From: a bacterium
GTDB taxonomy: Bacteria; Patescibacteriota; CPR2; UBA1875; JAJYID01
Assembly (NCBI GenBank): GCA_030647205.1
Contig: JAUSJO010000008.1
Location: 28,770-92,769, forward strand
DNA: 64,000 bases
Reading direction: 5' to 3'
Positions within the stretch are counted from its first letter, which is position 1; the number at the start of each line of letters is the position of its first letter. Below the pieces are notes generated by a model that worked only from the letters and a program-made list of their open reading frames with translations, had not been told where the DNA came from and ran no database searches. Shown here piece after piece: positions 1 to 7,664 of the stretch. The position numbers were made by a program, and so were the translations under genes.

Positions 1-1
1 C

Positions 2-388
2 GGTGATAGTTCGGAAGTATCGGTGCTTCAAAACACGCCAAACATCGAATATAAGGCCTTTGGAAGCGGTGAGTGGATTTTGGAGGATACAGACAAGAGT
101 AAAGAGGCAAAAAACTGTCAGAACGCCCTCAAATACGTCAGAGGCAATCTTAAAAACTATGATGTGGTAGTTATCGATGAGGCGATAACGGCTGTGGACC
201 TGGGATTATTGGACGAAAGTGATATTCTGAGTATTTTAGCCGAAATCCCTGATGATAAGGAGGTTGTACTGACGGGCAGAGGGGCGACGGAAAAATTGAT
301 TGAACGTGCGGATTTAGTTTCAGAGATGAAAAAAATAAAACATTATTATGATAAAGGCGTTGAGGCCAGAAAGGGAATCGAGTTATGA
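2..388 (+). CDS. btuR: cob(I)alamin adenosyltransferase (BtuR/CobO family), 5'-truncated by window
   Basis: YDVVVIDEA, EVVLTGR, ADLVSEM, KHYYDKGVEARKGIE motifs; frame is open to the window start. Confidence 0.9.
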   Translation, partial: GDSSEVSVLQNTPNIEYKAFGSGEWILEDTDKSKEAKNCQNALKYVRGNLKNYDVVVIDEAITAVDLGLLDESDILSILAEIPDDKEVVLTGRGATEKLIERADLVSEMKKIKHYYDKGVEARKGIEL

Positions 389-1026
389 AGGAGATCAGTT
401 GGAGGGTGAAAAAAGGATGGGTTTATCTTCTTGGGATATGTCTAATACTTGGAGTTGTGGCTATAGGGCTGCAAGACTCAAGTATGAAAGCAGAAGGGGC
501 GCAAGATCCTTCTGTAAGTAGCGAAAGTACAGTCACTGACAGTACTGAGGCTAAAAACGAACCTGTAAGCACAAATACTGTTCCAAAAAAGAGCGAAAAT
601 CAGCCGCAAAATAAGCCTTCAGGTACAAAGGCAAAGCCGGTAACAACGGTTCGAGAGATTCAAGCAGGTGGTGTTGCGACGGCTCAAGTTCAAACAGTAA
701 GCGCAGTTGCTCCTACAGTTGTCACACCGGTACAGAAAGATACGGTCGAGATGAATATCTCGGGTCTTGGAACCTATAAAGTAGAAATAGCTAAAGGCGA
801 GAACGCTTTTCAGGCGCTTCAGGCGGCTGCAAACCAAAACGGTTTTATTGTTGAGTACAAAATGTATTCATGGGGGAATATGATAACAAAGATAGGCGCA
901 TCAAAAGCTCAAGGGACCTACTACTGGGCTCTTTACTACAATGGTGGTTACTCAATGGTCGGAGCAAGCGACCTGATATTAAAAAATAATGATAAAGTAG
1001 AGTGGAGGTATGAATCATGGATGTAA
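385..1026 (+). CDS. membrane-anchored DUF4430 (transcobalamin C-terminal-like) protein
   Basis: N-terminal TM, low-complexity S/T/K linker, C-terminal MITKIG...YWALYYNG..SMVGA...L..ND.VEWRY. Confidence 0.75.
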   Translation: MKEISWRVKKGWVYLLGICLILGVVAIGLQDSSMKAEGAQDPSVSSESTVTDSTEAKNEPVSTNTVPKKSENQPQNKPSGTKAKPVTTVREIQAGGVATAQVQTVSAVAPTVVTPVQKDTVEMNISGLGTYKVEIAKGENAFQALQAAANQNGFIVEYKMYSWGNMITKIGASKAQGTYYWALYYNGGYSMVGASDLILKNNDKVEWRYESWM

Positions 1027-1580
1027 GAGTTAAGTCTGTTTTAGCAAAAATTGATGAGAATGCAGTTGCTATACTGCTCGTTATCGTCGCAGTATCAACA
1101 AGGCTTTTGCCTCATCCGGCGAACTTTGCCGCTGTGGGCGCTGTAGCGCTTTTCTCAGGGACTTATTTAAAGAAAAAGTATGCTCTCTGGCTGCCGCTTA
1201 TTATTATGATGGTCTCAGACGTTATTATAGGCCTTCATAACCTCATTCTATTCACTTGGGGAAGCTTCATCTTGATGGGGTGTATCGGTCTTTGGGTAAG
1301 GAAGAATAAAAACGTGCAAAACGTGATTTTTGGTACTATTACCGGCTCACTTGTTTTCTTCTTCGTCACTAACTTTGCAGTGTGGGCGTTTACTCCGTTT
1401 TATGCAAAGACGCTGCAGGGGCTTTTGCAGTGTTTCGTACTGGCGCTTCCTTTCTTTAGGAACTCTCTCGCCGGAGATGTCTTCTATGTTGGAGTGCTAT
1501 ATGGTGCATATGAAGGTGCGATATATCTCTTACCGAGACTAAAGAAAAACATGGGCTTAGTCCAAGCAACGAATAAATAA
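1017..1580 (+). CDS. DUF6580-family putative transporter (ECF S-component-like)
   Basis: RLLPHPANFA, FFFVTNFAVW, ALPFFRNSLAGD motifs; multiple TM segments. Confidence 0.75.
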   Translation: MDVRVKSVLAKIDENAVAILLVIVAVSTRLLPHPANFAAVGAVALFSGTYLKKKYALWLPLIIMMVSDVIIGLHNLILFTWGSFILMGCIGLWVRKNKNVQNVIFGTITGSLVFFFVTNFAVWAFTPFYAKTLQGLLQCFVLALPFFRNSLAGDVFYVGVLYGAYEGAIYLLPRLKKNMGLVQATNK

Positions 1581-1626
1581 ATTATTCAAATAGTTATTCC
1601 AAAGAACTAAAAATTATTTTGTGTCA

Positions 1627-1663
1627 AATACCATAGCTTTTTTACCGGAGCTATGGTATTTTT
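1627..1663 (+). terminator. hairpin after the cobalamin cluster
   Basis: aaataccatagct-N10-agctatggtattt followed by T run. Confidence 0.55.
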
Positions 1664-1683
1664 AGCGCAGATAAAATGAAAAA

Positions 1684-2505
1684 ATGAATAAAGCAGAAGA
1701 AAAAATAAATATTTTTCTGGAAGCCATTCCTTGGCTAAAAGACTTTAAGGGTAAGATTTTTGTATTGAAATATGGCGGAGAGCTGCTTGCGAGTGAGGAA
1801 AATCTTAAAAATATTGCCGGTGATATAGATCTTTTGTGTACTCTTGGTATTCACACAGTCGTTGTTCATGGCGGAGGACCGCAACTTGATGCGCAGTTAG
1901 ATAAAAGGGAGATTAAGTTTGAGAAAAAAGGCGGTATGCGCATATACTCAAAGGAAATCTTAGATGTTTCTCAAAAGGTATTTACTGAAGTTGCAAAGGA
2001 AGTCAGACACAACATAGATGCTCATAAAGTAAAGACAAAACTTATTCCTTATGAATATATTCACGTAAAACGTTCTAAAGAGTTGGGATTTGTGGGTAAA
2101 GTGACATCCATCGACCCCATTTTTGCCAAAATGATTACTGGTCATCTTGTTCCCATAATGCCGCTTTTTGGCTGGGACGAAGAGGGAAATCTTTGCAATG
2201 TGAATGCAGATGATATGGCGGTGTCGGTCGCAGAAATGCTTGGTGCAGAAAAGCTAATTATCCATACATCGGTTGACGGGGTTTTGGATGACAAAGGCAA
2301 GACTATTACTCATTTGGACGTAGATACTGCAGAGAGAATGATTAAAGAGCGTCACATAAGAGGAGGGATGATACCAAAAGTTCTTCATGCAATAGAGTCT
2401 GAGAAAGTGGGGAAAATCCATATAATTAACGGGAATATCCCTCATGCGCTTTTATATGAAGTATTCACCAAAGAGGGTATAGGAACTGAGATAGTTCGGG
2501 ATTAG
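1684..2505 (+). CDS. argB: acetylglutamate kinase
   Basis: FVLKYGG, VVVHGGGPQ, NVNAD, GGMIPKV, LLYEVFTKEGIGT. Confidence 0.88.
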   Translation: MNKAEEKINIFLEAIPWLKDFKGKIFVLKYGGELLASEENLKNIAGDIDLLCTLGIHTVVVHGGGPQLDAQLDKREIKFEKKGGMRIYSKEILDVSQKVFTEVAKEVRHNIDAHKVKTKLIPYEYIHVKRSKELGFVGKVTSIDPIFAKMITGHLVPIMPLFGWDEEGNLCNVNADDMAVSVAEMLGAEKLIIHTSVDGVLDDKGKTITHLDVDTAERMIKERHIRGGMIPKVLHAIESEKVGKIHIINGNIPHALLYEVFTKEGIGTEIVRD

Positions 2506-2513
2506 GCCGTTTT

Positions 2514-2602
2514 GTCATCCTGAAGTATGGAGGATCTATGGTTCGTCATTCCGGACTTCCTGCCCGACCTGAACGGTCGTTCGGGCGGGGATCCGGAATC
2601 TA
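2514..2602. repeat. cluster of GTCAT-type REP-like palindromes, one containing a nested hairpin
   Basis: gtcatcctgaagtatggaggatct; gtcattccggactt[cctgcccgacctgaacggtcgttcgggcggg]gatccggaatct. Confidence 0.7.
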
Positions 2603-2639
2603 GGATAATTAAACCTGCTAAAGTAGTCATTATCATTAT

Positions 2640-2863
2640 CCACTTTTTTAGAAAAAGTGGAGCAAAAATCGCGGCTTAGACGGTCTCTCAAAGTGTCGTC
2701 TGGTTCGCTCTCTCATCTTTAAAAAAATTAACTCGTTTCACTCAGACAAAATTATTTTTAAAGGTTCGTTTACTCCCAGACTTCCTTTTCGAGCCGATAG
2801 CCGCAAGAGAGTTCTCTTTGAAAAAATCACGCCGGGAAGAGAAATTTATTCGTGATGTCGGGA
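2640..2863. repeat. structured intergenic repeat, copy A (candidate ncRNA or MITE)
   Basis: colinear similarity to 4611-4846 with covarying stems. Confidence 0.75.
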
Positions 2864-2938
2864 TGTTTTGTATTTGACACAAGGGAAGCTATTTATGCTA
2901 TTATGAGTTTATACAAAATAACCTTTCATGGAGGGGTT

Positions 2939-3223
2939 TTGAACAAACTTGTCAAATATATGCTCATAGTTTTTGTCGCATTCAACGTTCTCGGTGGAAC
3001 TGTTTTGGGCTTGCATGATTATTCGCAGGATAAAGATGCAAAAAAGGCATTTCGAAATTTTTATGCAAATGATACGGCGGTGATGGGAGCATATGACAAA
3101 AAACTATCAAACTCTTTAAACAAATATGAAACTGATTTTATCGTTGTGGTGGCTTTTGTGGCCCTTTTGGGTATTTTATATTCATTCAGCAAGAGGGAAT
3201 ATATCAAGAAACATAAAAAGTAA
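2939..3223 (+). CDS. small two-TM hypothetical protein
   Basis: GGAGG RBS before TTG 2939; TTGACA promoter at 2874; hydrophobic N- and C-terminal segments. Confidence 0.55.
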   Translation: MNKLVKYMLIVFVAFNVLGGTVLGLHDYSQDKDAKKAFRNFYANDTAVMGAYDKKLSNSLNKYETDFIVVVAFVALLGILYSFSKREYIKKHKK

Positions 3224-3295
3224 TATTTTGTGAGTTTAAACATAAACATTGAACTTGAAAACCTGTAAGATAATTTCAAAGAAAAGAGGAATATA

Positions 3296-3724
3296 ATGGA
3301 AGAAGTCAAAAAATATGCTGACAGTATCTCTGCTGAACTTTCGGAGAAGAAAGGCGTCTGGACGCTTACAAAGGTAGTTGCGGAAAGAAAGGCATTCTTA
3401 AGCAAAAAGAAACTGGAGTATATCGCCAAGTTTAGATTTGATGATGAGAACAAAGAGATTCGATTTACGGAAATGCTCAAAGAGTCGGGCTCGGGTATTT
3501 CTAGCGGCGATATGGATGATATGTCTCCCGGTTTTGGATTTAAGGCGGGAACCTACAAAACGGGCATGGGCGGGAGAGAAGGTAGTATAAAAGAGCAGTC
3601 AAATCTTTTCGGCAAGGATTATAGCTATGAATTTAAATTCGAAGAAATTAGAGCAAAAATAGAAGAAATCGCAAAAAATAAAGGTTATGACTTCAAATAT
3701 CAAATAACGTCAAAAGGTCTTTAA
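3296..3724 (+). CDS. hypothetical protein
   Basis: 142-aa ORF with AGAGG RBS. Confidence 0.7.
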   Translation: MEEVKKYADSISAELSEKKGVWTLTKVVAERKAFLSKKKLEYIAKFRFDDENKEIRFTEMLKESGSGISSGDMDDMSPGFGFKAGTYKTGMGGREGSIKEQSNLFGKDYSYEFKFEEIRAKIEEIAKNKGYDFKYQITSKGL

Positions 3725-3737
3725 GAAAGGAGTAGTC

Positions 3738-4523
3738 ATGAAAAAAGGTTTAATCATCGGGGGTGCGGTTCTCACAGTGGTGGTTTTGATTTTAGGATAC
3801 GGTTTTTATAATGCGTCGAAAGTACGCTCATACGCTAAGGATGTGGATGCGATAATTACAGAGAGTGATGCGACTTGGAATACAAAAGAGATCGAGAAAA
3901 GCTCGAGTTCGATTACGGATCTGCAAAAAGAAATGAACAAAGTAAAGACTGACTCGGAGGTACAACTCGCAAAACTAAACAGTATGAGCGCGCCGGGAAA
4001 AGCAAAAGATCTGGAAAAGAAAACGAAAGAGTATTTTGTTCTTGCAAAAAATGTCGCAGACCAGACAGCTACATTTTTGGAATATGTCAAAGTTGTGGAA
4101 GCATCAGGGAACGACTTGAAAAACATCGATAGCGGCGCCACGACACCTTCAGCAGCTGGTGTTGCAGCAACATTTACGAAAATGCACAATGCCTTGTCGG
4201 CAACTATCACGAAGCTTGAAGCGGCAACTCCCCCGTCATCTATGAAAGATTTTCACGACAAATACATCGCAGCTCTAAAAAAAATGGATGCGGCGATAGT
4301 AAAAGGTATCGACTATGCAAATGCAAACCAGCTGGATAAGCTTAGTACCATTACTACTGATTTAGACGGGGCAGTTAAAGATCTAAATGCCATCAAAACT
4401 CCGTCGAACGACACTATTCTCGAAGACTTGGTAACAAAGGCAAATAAAGACAAGCTAGACAAATATCCAGATCAAATAAAGGCCGAAGCACAGAAACTGG
4501 AAAAGACAATCATTAGTTACTAG
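3738..4523 (+). CDS. membrane-anchored helical hypothetical protein
   Basis: AAGGAG RBS, N-terminal TM, amphipathic helical pattern. Confidence 0.75.
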   Translation: MKKGLIIGGAVLTVVVLILGYGFYNASKVRSYAKDVDAIITESDATWNTKEIEKSSSSITDLQKEMNKVKTDSEVQLAKLNSMSAPGKAKDLEKKTKEYFVLAKNVADQTATFLEYVKVVEASGNDLKNIDSGATTPSAAGVAATFTKMHNALSATITKLEAATPPSSMKDFHDKYIAALKKMDAAIVKGIDYANANQLDKLSTITTDLDGAVKDLNAIKTPSNDTILEDLVTKANKDKLDKYPDQIKAEAQKLEKTIISY

Positions 4524-4548
4524 TATTCTGCTATAGTCCCCTCGTCTT

Positions 4549-4574
4549 GTCATTCCCGTGGAGGCGGGAATCCA
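4549..4574. repeat. REP-like palindrome (ATTCCC-N8-GGGAAT type)
   Basis: gtcattcccgtggaggcgggaatcca. Confidence 0.7.
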
Positions 4575-4610
4575 GTCTTGAAATAGTTTCTACTTCTTTA
4601 GAATTCATTT

Positions 4611-4846
4611 ATTACTTTTTTAGAAAAAGTAATACAAAAATCGCGACTTATGGCGGCGACAAAGTGTCGGATTTCAGTTCGCTCAGGTTTGAAAAAATGA
4701 ACTCGCTAGAACGCTCAGACAACATTATTTTCAAATCTTCGTTCACTTTATCCTCGCTTTGTCTTCGATAGTCGCAGGAGACCATTTGCCCGTAGACTTC
4801 CTTTGAAAAAATCATGCGGATTGAGAATTTTTCTGTGATGGCGGGA
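4611..4846. repeat. structured intergenic repeat, copy B
   Basis: colinear similarity to 2640-2863 with covarying stems. Confidence 0.75.
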
Positions 4847-4931
4847 GGTAAGTTTTGGAACTTTAACCATAAACATTCTCTCCTGACTTTCTATAATTAA
4901 AATAGGAAAATATAGAGAGGAGGTGAGGGAA

Positions 4932-5141
4932 ATGAAAATGAACTGGCTTGATTGGACTACGGGCGTTTTGGTCATCATTGGAGCGCTAAACTGGGGACTT
5001 GTCGGACTCTTTGACTATAACCTAGTGTCGGCGATTCTTGGTGATATGACATTTCTGACGAGGACAGTGTATGTTCTTGTAGGTATAAGCGGTCTTTATA
5101 TGATCTATAGCTTGGCAACAAAGTCTATGGTGAAAGAATAA
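4932..5141 (+). CDS. DUF378 family membrane protein
   Basis: LVIIGALNWGLVGLF...VYVLVGISGLY. Confidence 0.9.
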   Translation: MKMNWLDWTTGVLVIIGALNWGLVGLFDYNLVSAILGDMTFLTRTVYVLVGISGLYMIYSLATKSMVKE

Positions 5142-5160
5142 ATGTTTTGTAGGTCATGAG

Positions 5161-5198
5161 CAAACATCCCAATATCTTCTTGGTATCGGGATGTTTTG
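5161..5198 (+). terminator. intrinsic terminator
   Basis: aaacatccc...gggatgtttt hairpin. Confidence 0.6.
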
Positions 5199-5213
5199 TG
5201 TTAAAATGTTTTT

Positions 5214-5480
5214 ATGAAATTGAGAATATTTATTCAAGGTGACGCCCCCGAAATGCGCGATGCGAAAGATCTTGCAGATAGGGTCAAGGATTCTGTTGTA
5301 GATAATGTAGACATTGAAACCCTAGATATAGAGGACCGTGAGGGTAAGGAAGTCGCAGAGGTTTATGATATTACAACTGTCCCATCCTTTTTGGTTACGA
5401 CCGATGACGGAGTTTTTATAAACTCATGGGTAGGCAAGATCCCTGCAGAGTTTGAACTAAAGGGTGCAATAGGAGTATGA
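5214..5480 (+). CDS. thioredoxin-fold protein lacking CxxC
   Basis: AEVYDITTVPSFLV cis-Pro motif; leaderless start. Confidence 0.65.
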   Translation: MKLRIFIQGDAPEMRDAKDLADRVKDSVVDNVDIETLDIEDREGKEVAEVYDITTVPSFLVTTDDGVFINSWVGKIPAEFELKGAIGV

Positions 5481-5734
5481 ATACAACAGTGTTTTTAAAG
5501 AATGCCTTTGATTTTCTCTCTTCGGCTATCTTTGTCCTGGTATTTGTCAGAATTATTTTGAGTTGGATGCCGAATGCTCGTAATGCTCTGACTCAATTTG
5601 TTTTTGATATTACAGAACCAATTTTGAAACCTTTCAGAATATTTAATCCCAAAAACTCTCCTCTTGATTTCTCACCGATTATTGTAGTTATTTTGATTGA
5701 AGTGGCTAGGAATATACTGATGAGATTTATTTGA
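5477..5734 (+). CDS. yggT: YggT family membrane protein
   Basis: RIILSW, ITEPILKPFR, LDFSPII. Confidence 0.9.
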   Translation: MNTTVFLKNAFDFLSSAIFVLVFVRIILSWMPNARNALTQFVFDITEPILKPFRIFNPKNSPLDFSPIIVVILIEVARNILMRFI

Positions 5735-5791
5735 CATTGGGAAAATCGGGTAATATAGTAACAAAAGTAAAACTTAAAGAAAGGGAAAATT

Positions 5792-6052
5792 ATGAGTACA
5801 GAAACTATGCCACAATCAACAGAAAACAGTTTTGAGGGTGCTGACAATGACGAGTTGGCGCGAAGAATCAGTGACATTGATAATGCACTGCAGGTATATT
5901 CAGACGGTGAAGAGTCTAACTTAAAAAGAGGGGAAATGAGACGGGATCTTTTTGAGGAGCTAGAAAGAAGAATGAACGGAGACACTGCGGCGGCAGCAGA
6001 TCTTGTGGAACGGATTGGGGCAGAAAACCTGAATGACGAACTAGCAGCTTAG
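5792..6052 (+). CDS. acidic hypothetical protein
   Basis: own TTGACA promoter at 5731; purine-rich RBS. Confidence 0.65.
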   Translation: MSTETMPQSTENSFEGADNDELARRISDIDNALQVYSDGEESNLKRGEMRRDLFEELERRMNGDTAAAADLVERIGAENLNDELAA

Positions 6053-6058
6053 GTTAAA

Positions 6059-6283
6059 ATGAAGGTTCAAGTTAAAGTTAAAACTGGCGCAAGACAAGAT
6101 TGCGTCAGTTTTGATGAAGAAAAAAATCTCTACATAGTTTCTACAAAAATCCCTCCGATTGAAGGACGGGCAAATGAAGCAGTTATAAAACTACTTGCCG
6201 GATATTTTAAAGTGCCAAAATCGGAAGTGACTTTAAAAACAGGGCAGAAATCAAAAATTAAAGTTTTTGAGATTGACGACTAA
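6059..6283 (+). CDS. yggU: DUF167/YggU family protein
   Basis: PPIEGRANEAVIKLLA.YFKVPKS.V....GQKSK.K. Confidence 0.88.
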   Translation: MKVQVKVKTGARQDCVSFDEEKNLYIVSTKIPPIEGRANEAVIKLLAGYFKVPKSEVTLKTGQKSKIKVFEIDD

Positions 6284-6681
6284 GTATTAAAATACTCAGC
6301 TACTTCCGGTGGCCAAAGTGAGTTTGCTTTTTCAGAGCAAACTGTATGAATATCATCTTTTTGTATATATTTAACGTCTGTTAGGTCATCTCCCGGACAT
6401 AAAGCATGTGTGAGAGGTCTACATAAATACCACCGCGCAACTCTTTCTGTTTCTGCAACAACTGTTTCGCCAAAGAACTTTATAACCTCGATAGCTATGC
6501 CGGCCTCTTCCATTACTTCTCTGATGAGTCCCTGCTCCTCGGTTTCATTATCTTCCAAACTACCACCGGGAATATGCCAAGCTTCACTCAAAGGATGGCC
6601 TTTGGTTTTCATCTTCTTGCCAACCAAGACTTTTCCCTCGTGTTCAACGACTGCTACTATTGCTTTTCTATAATTTTTCAT
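6280..6681 (-). CDS. NUDIX hydrolase
   Basis: PGGSLEDNETEEQGLIREVMEEAG Nudix box. Confidence 0.9.
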   Translation of the reverse strand: MKNYRKAIVAVVEHEGKVLVGKKMKTKGHPLSEAWHIPGGSLEDNETEEQGLIREVMEEAGIAIEVIKFFGETVVAETERVARWYLCRPLTHALCPGDDLTDVKYIQKDDIHTVCSEKANSLWPPEVAEYFNT

Positions 6682-6822
6682 TTTTATCCTGACTTTTTAT
6701 TATTATAGCAACATTTGATTATTACCGCTAAAGAAAGTATAATAAGCTCAGATCGGAGGGGTTGAAAAAACTTTTTCCGATTTTTTTGTACTTTGAATGC
6801 AATCCTGAAAAAGGAGATTTAA

Positions 6823-7530
6823 ATGAGTCAGGACGCCAAAACATTGCAAGTAGTTGATGGAACTTCAGAACAGTTTCAAAAGAGCTTGGAAGATATTATG
6901 CTGGTTCTTGATCAGACTATAGCAGGGAGGAGAAGTATAACAGTTACTGACTTCCAGGGAAAGGATGAAGCATATCACGTGGTTTTGAAAAGAAACCGTT
7001 TCGAGCTGGTAACCTTAAAAGGTGAGACTGCTCGTATAAAGGCCAGTATTATTAAGGAGCTTGATAGTGACTTTCTGTGCTCTGTCGTCGGATCTTTGGT
7101 TGAAAGTAGCAACTCGCTTCTAATGGCAGAAGACATAGGTAGGATAAAGGTGCTGATAGACCTTTTCGAATCACTCGACAATACAAGATGGGTTTATGAG
7201 TTTGATGTTGATCGTGTATTGATACGGCACACCAGTCAAGAAACCTGTTCGGCGGACCGGTCAATAGGTACCATGTTCACTTCTCGCCCCGGGATAGAAA
7301 TATTCTACAGAGCCCTTGAAAATTTTACAGAAAGGGCCACAGGGAAAAAGAAAGAGCTTGAAGATAGTATTGCGGCTCAAAGTGATGACGTGGCGATTCT
7401 TAGCTCTGATATAGAGGAGGCACAAGGTATCTTGGGTGTCCTAATGGAGAGACGGGAATGGCGCCCTTCTTCATCGGAAGGTGAATTTGATGCTCCAGAT
7501 ACTTCCCCCGACGAGGATATCCCGTTCTAG
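6823..7530 (+). CDS. hypothetical protein with acidic EDIPF tail
   Basis: AAGGAG RBS, own promoter and terminator. Confidence 0.7.
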   Translation: MSQDAKTLQVVDGTSEQFQKSLEDIMLVLDQTIAGRRSITVTDFQGKDEAYHVVLKRNRFELVTLKGETARIKASIIKELDSDFLCSVVGSLVESSNSLLMAEDIGRIKVLIDLFESLDNTRWVYEFDVDRVLIRHTSQETCSADRSIGTMFTSRPGIEIFYRALENFTERATGKKKELEDSIAAQSDDVAILSSDIEEAQGILGVLMERREWRPSSSEGEFDAPDTSPDEDIPF

Positions 7531-7556
7531 AGAAGAAATCTCCAAAGTAATAAATG

Positions 7557-7590
7557 AGCGGCTGTGTGGAAACACAGCCGCTTTTCTCTT
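7557..7590 (+). terminator. intrinsic terminator
   Basis: agcggctgtgt-ggaa-acacagccgct followed by T-rich tail. Confidence 0.85.
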
Positions 7591-7664
7591 TGTTTGACCT
7601 TGGTGGGTAAACAAAGTATAATATTTGTGCCTTAAGTAGGCACATTTTATTTAATTTATAAGTT

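Noticed and set aside
4547-4978. ORFs 4547-4771 (+) and 4748-4978 (-)
   Set aside because: They overlap the structured repeat and have no RBS or recognisable motifs.
7590-7664. T-box riboswitch upstream of ileS
   Set aside because: The leader is too short and no T-box motif is visible.
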